DNA of 64,000 bases from Octopus vulgaris (taxonomy: Eukaryota), in NCBI GenBank assembly GCA_951406725.2, contig OX597814.1:174096001-174160000 (forward strand). Direction: 5' to 3'. The notes beneath the pieces were generated by a model, which searched no databases, was not told the origin of the DNA, and was given only the letters and a program-made list of their open reading frames with translations. The position numbers and the translations under genes were made by a program. This document shows, piece after piece, positions 55,341 to 64,000 of the stretch. Every line of letters begins with the position of its first letter. The first letter of the stretch is position 1.

Positions 55341-57566
55341 TGAAGCTTGAAATGAAAAGCAGAACAAAACATGTCAGTTGTCTCAAGAAAATAATGGCTA
55401 CTATACGGGTTCCAAATCTGAAAGAGAGCTGTGAATAGCTCTTAGTGCCTAGACCTGTAGATTTACACAAAATGCAACAACCACCACTATTACTACTACT
55501 ACTACTACCTGCAAAAGAAAAAAAGAGTATGAAATTATTCAAAAAAATAATGGAAGTTCTGATGTAAATCAAGACATTTTCTTTTCCTATACAAGATATT
55601 TATTATGTGAAGCGACATGAAAACAAAAAAAAAAAAGGAAACAATATAACTTTTCACTCTTCATATCAGCTTTATTTATACTGTTCCCCAAAACCAGCAG
55701 TTAACTGGTAATTCCAAACCAAACACAGCTACATCTTCCTCATCAAGATTTTTTTTTTTAATGTTTAAAGCATTTTTATACCTGCTGGTATTTGTTGAAA
55801 GCTATTTCAGAAGAAAATTATTAGTTTGTATACTTTTCTTTTTGAAGACCATTTTAATTGTTAATTATTAATTATGTTTTAACTCGATGTCATATTGTAA
55901 ATGTTTTACATTTGTATCTTCATGTCAGTATTGCAGTGAATGTGATGTATAATAGTATGCATGGATAATATGTCTGTATTTTGTGAGTATGTTACACTTC
56001 AGAAGTTGTATATATGTTCTGATATATTCCCATATTTCTCTACAGTGTATATTCTGAATTTTATAGTAAACATCACCTTCTGAATACCTTGTGGATAGTT
56101 GATGAATTAAATGAAACATTATTGGTGATTGTTTACATATAGAAGTGTATGTATGTGTGTTTATATGTTCGTGTACAAATGAAAGAAAAATGTACTCCTT
56201 ATCAAAAGAAGATTTTAAAATTTATTTGAAAGTGTGACTTCACTCTCTCACTACTCTGAGTTTCCCTGCTATGAGTATCACATCATAGCAGACGGAATAG
56301 TGGCAGAATGAAGCCTCAGTTTTAAGTAAATGAAGATATATATCACAACCAAAGTTAATTGCCCAATCTAACAAACACAGCAGACCAAGCAGGCACAGTA
56401 ATGTGTTTGCTATGCACTTGATAGTACTAACAGGTCATCAGAACTTTGTCTTGATACCAGCTTGTACTGCATTCTAAGCAATAATATCTGTTATTTTTTC
56501 CTTTAGGACTTCTCTTTACTTGAACCTAGTCTTATAGGGTGAAATACTAATTTTCTGTTCTTTCTGCAGGAATAAGACAAAGATATTGCAAAGGTGTTAA
56601 CCATTTTCTCCTATGAGCAATACTATAGTGAAAGTATGCCAATGACTTTTTGACTGGTGTAACTATACAGTAAAGAGCCACTTTATTGCCTTTGCAAAAA
56701 GAAATGTATTTTGAGATGTGCTTAATTCATTCCTCTTCTAGAGCCAGTGAAGCAAGGGACACTTCAAAATAATGGCTATTATTACCTTGTAGCAGTCTCA
56801 GCACCTATGGGCAATGTGAAACAATTTCCAGGCTAAAAATTACGATTGGTTCATACAAACCAGCAAGCTGGATAATGTCATACATGTTTGTAATATAAGT
56901 ATGTGTGCATGTGTGTGTATGCATCGATAGACAGACAGACAGACAGGTAGATTTATATATATATGAAATATCACTTATTTTGTGGAATAAACTTTAGCTG
57001 GTGTAAATACAATCCTAACTAATTGTATTTACATACAATTGAATTTTTTTTTCTTGTAAGGTAAATATTAGTACAGTATTTCATTTAATAACATAACATC
57101 TAAAGACAAAAAACTTAGAAAAATACAAAGTGAAATAGTTAGAAAAAAGTGTTTTGGGGTGGATGCGAATGTGAGAAAAGTGAGAGAGAGAGAGAGACTT
57201 TTTATGTCAGTTTTTGGTTGTTGAATCTTTAATCTATACTGTTGCTCATTTGTTATTAACATTTCATTTAGAAAATGGCACCCTTACTTTACTGTTGAAT
57301 ACCCACCTATTCCCTAATTGAAACCCAAATCCTCCCACCAATAAAGGCCTTTACAATAATTGTTAACTTAGCTACACACACACACACACACACACATATA
57401 TATGTAAGGCATATTTTCTATCATTCTAATATAGGCATCTATAATTAAGAATCTTTATAAGATCAAATAGTCGACTGAATATGGAACTGAAGTATTGACA
57501 ACTCTGAGCTCTTGAGGTCAAGTTTACTATATACATTTAGTTATGTATTTGAGCAATATAATTGAT

Positions 57567-58011
57567 TCTACATGCTTTAATGTGTAGACTAACATGTATT
57601 TAAAAGACTACATGATATTCACATGGAAATTAGTTATGGAACTTGACAGTGACTGTATGATTGTAAGTATACGGTTTGATGTTAAACAAGAAGACATAAA
57701 GATTGACATCCAAAGGCAAAATCTAAGGAAAGTAAAATAAATGTAAACGATTCCTAGAATACCAAGGGCCTCGTAAGGGCTGATGCCTTAATGCCAGTTT
57801 CGTTATGCAAAGCAGTTAAATCTCCATGGATAACATTTCAGAAAACTTGGTGTGTATTCTTGAAAGCTAGATAGACAAGGACATTTGATTTTACATGCCA
57901 AAGCATGTGTGATCATAGTCATTGTCAGTTTAGCTTCGATAGCTAATTTTTCTATGACTACCATGTAGCTCTTTATGTATTCTAATTTCTTTAGACTTTT
58001 AAACATATAGA
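57567..58011. repeat. Imperfect long inverted repeat in the putative 3' UTR
   Basis: 57602-57661 pairs with 57912-57975 (ctacatg/catgtag, aaattagttat/atagctaattt, tgacagtgac/gtcattgtca); weaker pairing extends outward. Confidence 0.7.
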
Positions 58012-58104
58012 TATATTGTACAGCCATAAGCATATCATATTTAGGTCTACATAAAATTTTACCTTTTGTTATACCATGTTTCGGACTATTTATTAGACGA
58101 TCCT

Positions 58105-58328
58105 TTAACCTTTTAATATTCAGATTATTCTGTCAAATGTAATGCTTATTTATTCACATCATGGAATTAATCATGCATGATCCCGTAGCTTTGTTATTTT
58201 GATGATGTGATTGTATATTTTGGGATTGACATTGTAGGGTAGGTGTGAAAGGTTGGATCTGGTCAGTTTGAACATAAAACGTAGAATTTTAGAGCCAGAT
58301 ATAGCCAGTTTAAAAGCCAAAGGGTTAA
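58105..58328 (+). mobile_element. piggyBac-type MITE family 2 inside the putative 3' UTR
   Basis: TTAACC...AAAGGGTTAA with a family 2 body. Confidence 0.8.
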
Positions 58329-61300
58329 ACGATGTGAATAAGTCTAAATGCTATACAGTCTTTCAGATAACATATTTAGGGTTTATATAATATGAACTTT
58401 GCATACTATGTTTTGGTCTGTTTATTCAGCCTTTACATACCAAGTTTACTTACATATCTATAAATGACCTCTTTGCATAACATATTTAGGTATCTATTGA
58501 TATATATTTCTTGAAAAGTATATATGTGTGTGTGTATCAACAGGTAAACTAAGTGCCATTCAGTTAAAATAACCCCAAAACGATTTTCCAGTTTTTTCTT
58601 TCTTGTAATCATTCATAGACACACACACATATTCATCTGTACATTGTTGATTGTATTAATTGTAATATACAAACATTTAAGTTATGTATACTTATTTTAT
58701 CAGCCTTATTGGCTGGCAGGATCTTGAAAAAGTAGTTGACCCTTTTTTTTTTTTTTTGCACTTTGTTTTGTGTTTTTTTATACTCGATCATTTGTGTATT
58801 AATTCAACTGATTTATTAATTCAAAAATCCCTGCTTTGATGAAAGAGATTTGTTGTAAAGAAAAAAAAAATGTATAAATATTTTAAAAATCGAACAAAAA
58901 TCATTGAATTTATAATTGCAGTTTGAAATAAGCTGGGCTCTGATTTTAAACTTTTACAAAACAATATCACCAAAATACTCTATTCTTACATTGTTTTTTT
59001 TTTCTCTTTTCATATTTTTTTGTTTTTTAAATATAAAATGTCTGGGTGATGGAGTTATCTAAAGCTATAAAGCACCACACTGAATGTTTTACAGCATCTA
59101 TTTTTATTTTATTCATATTTTGAACTGAAGACTGTGTCTTTCTTAACATCCCTGAGGTTAATGAAATAAGTACCAGTAAGGTGTTTTTTACCCAGTTCAA
59201 TCAACCATACCTCTTCCTTACAAAAATTAGAATTCTACCTAGTCACAAAAAAAAAAAAATTCCTAGTATAAATGTCTTATGAAATGTTAGATTAACTTTC
59301 AAAAATCAACAGTGGCACTTTTGTTCATATTCTTTTTACGTATGTCTTGTGTCAAGGTTAAAAACCATTTCTTTAATGCATAAATTCTTGAACAAAATAT
59401 ACAAATTATACAGCAGGCCTAACATAGCACTCAGTTTAGCAACATTACCTGATTCTTAGATGCCTTTAGTAAAGTTCACTTAATTATTTCCAATTCTGGG
59501 ATTCAATCTTACCAAACTGGAAAGCCTACATAGTTCATGGGCACTTACCTTATTCTGATTACCAACTTATAAAAAATAATCCCAACATTTTTTTTTTTAG
59601 CTTGTCACTAATATTCTTAATTTTATTTATTGTATTGTTTTTAATATCTGACAAGCTGGACTTGATCTTAGCCCTTTAATGATCTGATAAAAAGTGATGT
59701 AAACATTTGACAGGATTTGAACATAGAATATCTAGTTTATCAATCAATGCTCAAGTATTGAGACATTGTTTTACTGCCTGTATAGCTTTTCATTTGATTG
59801 TTATCAGGCCGTATATGAGATTGGTTTTATTTTCACCCTGTCATCATCATTTAAATATCAATGAAATTAGTTGATACAGAAAATGTGATTTTTTTTTTGT
59901 CAAATGTACATAAATTCTTGTAATCTATATACACTGGCTTCTGCACTCACATATGGATGTTAAAAAACATGTATAATTGTAAAATGAACTTATTTACTAA
60001 AAATAATATAAATGTAAGTTGTACTAAATCCAACTTCTTGTAATTTCTTGAAGTAACTCAGTATCTCCTGCTGTATTAAACAAACTACTTCTGTAAATTT
60101 CAATATTTCAAAGATGTAAAAAGACGAGTTACATGTCACATTATGTACAGACCAATAATTTGTTGTGAATATTCTGGAATTTGACATTCTAAAAAAAACA
60201 AAGATGTTATTTAGGGTTTTTTTTTTAAGTAGCATTCAAATAACCTTATACAGGCCTTTGTTTTCCTGAATTAAAAAAAAAAATATGTATATATTATGAA
60301 ACATTTAGGAAAAAAAAAATGTAAACAGTTGTTGTCTTTAAAAATCATAAAATATAGCAAAAAGAGAAGAAAAAAAATGAATGATTTTTTTTTTTTTTTT
60401 AACTCTTAGTTTCAGTGTAGAAGAAATGTCTTCCATATTTGTTGACAAAACAGCATTCTGGGTTCTTTTTCAGCCAGAAGGCAGACAATCTGGCAACTGA
60501 ATTTTACAACGAATTTTTTTTTTTTTCTCTAAAAGTTGTTAAATTATGTTCCTATATATGGGAAGAAAACTGAAAATTGATAAGCGGGGGAAATTGTTGG
60601 GAGGAACTGCTGTTGAAAATCCGATCCTTTGACAGTTCAGTTGTCATCAATGTATTATATCAGAGTGCAGCCATCTTCCTTAAGTTATTTAACTACTGCC
60701 AGCATGGAAGACAAACGTTAAATGATGAAGCATTATTGTATACTTCCTTTGTCTCAACTACGAGAATTTTTAAATGGGTAGCGGGGATGTTATTTTATGA
60801 CTCTTAAGGAATATTCATTGGCAACCCCTAGATCAATTTATAGAAAAAAGGTAGGCTCCAGAGGACATACAGATTAGTTGTTTGAGAATGTATTTTGCAC
60901 AATGAGATTGGATCTTTGAGCCTCTACCAGTTTAATGTATTCAGCATATCATTGTAGAGAATGGTCTTAATTGATATACTGTCCTTAAAAGTCAATACTA
61001 TCACTTGCATTGTGCATGGTGACAGCCAAGCAGTTTAAAAGCTTATTTTAGCATAACACCATATTTTTCATTTACCTTGTTATAACATATACATACATAG
61101 CTTATTTTCTAGAAGTACCCAATAAACCTAAAGCAGCCGATGTTTTATTGCCAATCATTGGCAACCTTCTGCAGTGGGTTTTTTTTTTCCACAAACCTGC
61201 AGATTGCAGTAACAAGGTCAGTTTATGGTTTTCATGTGTTTCTGATCATAAAACAAAACTGGTTTATTGTTCAAACTGGAAAAAGATTAAAATTTGGAAG

Positions 61301-62112
61301 TTATGTTTATAAATATGCATATAATTACTGATAATTCATTTGAATATAAAACATCTTGTTTTCAGATTATTTTGCTGCTTTTCAGCTCATTAGCTATGAT
61401 TGGGGGAGCAGAGGGAGAAAATCTGCTGCAATGTTAAATTTTTTTTATTTTTAAAATAATGTTCTAACCTATTATTAGTTGACTAGTAAATTTTAACCAG
61501 TCAAAAAAAAAAGTAAACTTAGTTCTCAGCATACAAGTCTTCCTGTTAACTCAATGTTATTCATTCAATTCTTTAATATTTCCAAAGCATTAAATTTCAG
61601 AATGAGATAATGACATTCATAGACATACTGAAATATCTGACATTGTGCCAATTGATGTTAAACTGAAATAAATGTTAAAGTAACAGCATTAATTAAACTG
61701 TTCCATCTTCATCAATGCTGGAGTAATATTTCTTTAAAACAATGAATTGTGAAAATTAAATTCCACCCCACTACCCTCGTTTATTATTATTACTACTATT
61801 AGATATGTTCATCCCACCAAAAACCTTGGTAATTTTTAAATATAATTTTGTTGTTTTTGACAACTTCACAAATTGTTTGGTTTTTTTTCTAAATATTATT
61901 TATTTATGAGGAACTTAGAAAACTAAATGTCATTCTGGATCAGTCTTGAAAAAAATGTATTCATAATGTACAACTGGTTTTAAATAATTGAAAGAAGGAA
62001 AAAAAAAAAATGAATCTCTAAACAAATGTAAGAAAGATTAACATGTTTGAAAAGTTCAAAATTTCCAAAGTTTGTAGAGACTTGTAAATAATTATTTTGT
62101 TGCAACTTGTAA

Positions 62113-62155
62113 AATAAAGCCAAAGTGATACAGCTCTCCGTTTTGTTGTTCTTTC
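62113..62155 (+). terminator. Candidate distal polyadenylation signal of EVI5
   Basis: AATAAA at 62113-62118 with ttttgttgttcttt about 22 nt downstream. Confidence 0.55.
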
Positions 62156-62699
62156 AAATTTGCATTAAAACTTTAAAAAACTGCATTAAAATGTTGTAGG
62201 CATTTCAGGGGATAGCTCTCAGTGGATAGACTAAAAATGGCCTTCATAGAGAAAACTGTCCCTGTTCCCACTGCAGACAATACATGCACAGCATTACAAA
62301 CACGGCCTGCACACCCACCTTCACATTCCATGATTACCATTGGGATCAATCAGGTACACACAAAGATTCTAGATTATTTTTCCGCTTTTTTTTTTTTGTT
62401 TTTTTTTAAATTTTTGAGAGTGGTCAGGTTCATTTTTAGTATTCTCGTTTGTGAGAGCAGTTGAGTTTATTTCAGATATTCTCATTTTAAAAATCATCTC
62501 CGACTAATTGAGAAGACATTGGTGTTGCCTTGGCAGAGGTTTATACTGAGTGCTCTTGGTACCATTGCTTTGAATCAGTCATTATATCATAGTTAAATGG
62601 TTTTGCTGATGTGTTAATTTATTTTTAGAATGTAGGATAAGTATGAAAGGCTGGATCTGGCCTATTTAAATAAATGCTGAAGGGTTAGATGAATAAACA

Positions 62700-62741
62700 C
62701 TTTAACAAAACAAAAGTAACACAGTTGTATATTCCTTTATT
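62700..62741 (-). terminator. Candidate polyadenylation signal of a convergent minus-strand transcript
   Basis: TTTATT at 62736-62741 (AATAAA on -), followed on - by tgtgttacttttgttttgtt. Positions 62750-64000 are T/GT-rich on the - strand, like a 3' UTR. Confidence 0.45.
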
Positions 62742-62823
62742 TCAATTCAAGTGATATAAAATTTGAGCATTATATACAACAGTTGAATGGGAGAGAGTTA
62801 AAGAAAGATTATTTCAATTTGTA

Positions 62824-63132
62824 TTGTGAAAGCAAATTTACATTCATTCATTGTGAAAGCAGATTTATGTTCACATTCATTCACTCACTGTGAAAGCAGA
62901 TTTATGTTCACATTCATTCATTCATTCACTGTGAAAGCAGATTTAGGTGCACATTCATTCACTGTGAAAGATTTAGGTTCGGATTCATTCGTTCACTGTG
63001 GAAGCAGATTTATATTCACATTCACTCGTTCACTGTGAAAGTAGATTTATGTTCACATTCAATCGTTCATTGTGAAAGCAGATTTATGTTCACATTCATT
63101 CACTGTGAAAGCAGATTTAGGTTCACATTCAC
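62824..63132. repeat. Minisatellite, 9 units of ~27-41 bp: YTGTGAAAGCAGATTTATGTTCACA(TTCA)n
   Basis: Units start near 62824, 62851, 62888, 62929, 62962, 62996, 63033, 63070 and 63103. Confidence 0.92.
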
Positions 63133-64000
63133 CTGCAGAACAAACAAAAAATAAAAATCAGTCATGTTTCCAGAACCCATTTAAAGCAAGTTATACATAG
63201 AACAAAAAAAACATGTCACACCACAACATGAGGAAAGAAAAGAGAATTAGTTATTTCTTGATCATACTGAAACACAAATGCCTGCAAAATTTATTTTATA
63301 AAGTTCAAATACTAAAGTCAATTGCATACAGCATATACTGGTAAAATGTATTCGGACATTTCAAATCTGTATATCCATAACTTAAAAATACACAAATATT
63401 TAATATTTACAAAGAAGAAATTGTCAAAGAATGACAAAAACAGGTAAAATTTCAATATAACAAAATTTCAAATTTGTATTTAATATTTTCAAGAAAACTC
63501 AAACCATTGAATACTTAAAGTTAACACATGATTTTGTTTTTGTTTTTTTTTTTAATCTTGTCCAAACACTAAGAGAAAATAACTTGTATGTAAATTTATC
63601 TGAATAATTAACTGCCCCACTATGGCTCAAAATCTATGCTGGATTATCGTTTAATGCCTGCCTACTTGGCTTACCTTAGCTGCAACTCCGTCATAAAACA
63701 TTACACACAACCACTTAAAGGAATTGCACATTTGTGATCCTAGACAAGATAAGTTTAGCACATCGAGAAAGAGGACTAGAGCTTCGCAATAGCTATCCAA
63801 CAAAAAGTAATATCTACAAATAGTTTGAAGTCACAGCTGCAATTAAATATCAAGGTTATTTACAAAATGAAGTGAAGGACTGGAAAAATCTCAGCAGATA
63901 AAAAGAGAAAAAGTGAAAACATTGAAAATTTCGACTGTGCCAAGAGCCATACCAAAGTTGCACAAAAAAATAAATAAATAAATAAATAAAGTGGAGGTAC

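Larger units (their letters stand above)
55341..62140 (+). other. EVI5: Probable long 3' UTR of EVI5 (~6.8 kb to the distal poly(A) site)
   Basis: Follows the stop codon. T/TG-rich on the + strand and almost free of the SINEs that saturate the introns. Ends at AATAAA plus a GT-rich element. Confidence 0.55.

Noticed and set aside
62824-63132. CRISPR-like array (palindromic repeats of ~30-37 bp)
   Set aside because: No unique spacers (linkers are TTCA repeats), no cas genes, and a eukaryotic context.

Overview
AT-rich eukaryotic genomic DNA, most likely an octopus (inferred from recognisable octopod SINE/MITE families and dense TA/TG microsatellites). The window holds the 3' part of an EVI5 (RabGAP/coiled-coil) gene on the + strand. 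Nine GT-AG exons (21050-55340) splice, all in phase 0, into a 446-aa C-terminal segment ending ...EDKSAV*. A probable ~6.8 kb, transposon-poor 3' UTR follows, then the likely 3' end of a convergent minus-strand transcript. No TBC-domain exon was found in the first 21 kb. The introns are full of SINEs, TTAA/piggyBac-type MITEs, Tc1/mariner, Helitron, RTE, CR1 and Penelope remnants, fold-back elements and a 1.6 kb compound microsatellite, which explains all the long ORFs in the track. Best leads, all unconfirmed: (1) CpG retention at the window start plus an orphan phase-0 exon, suggesting an internal promoter and a TBC-less isoform; (2) a textbook branch point and acceptor in the 3' UTR that could remove the PDZ-motif tail; (3) near-identical inverted MITEs flanking in-frame exons (circRNA or ADAR substrates); (4) a long 3' UTR hairpin; (5) a minisatellite of stem-loops near the convergent 3' end. 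No prokaryote-type system is present.
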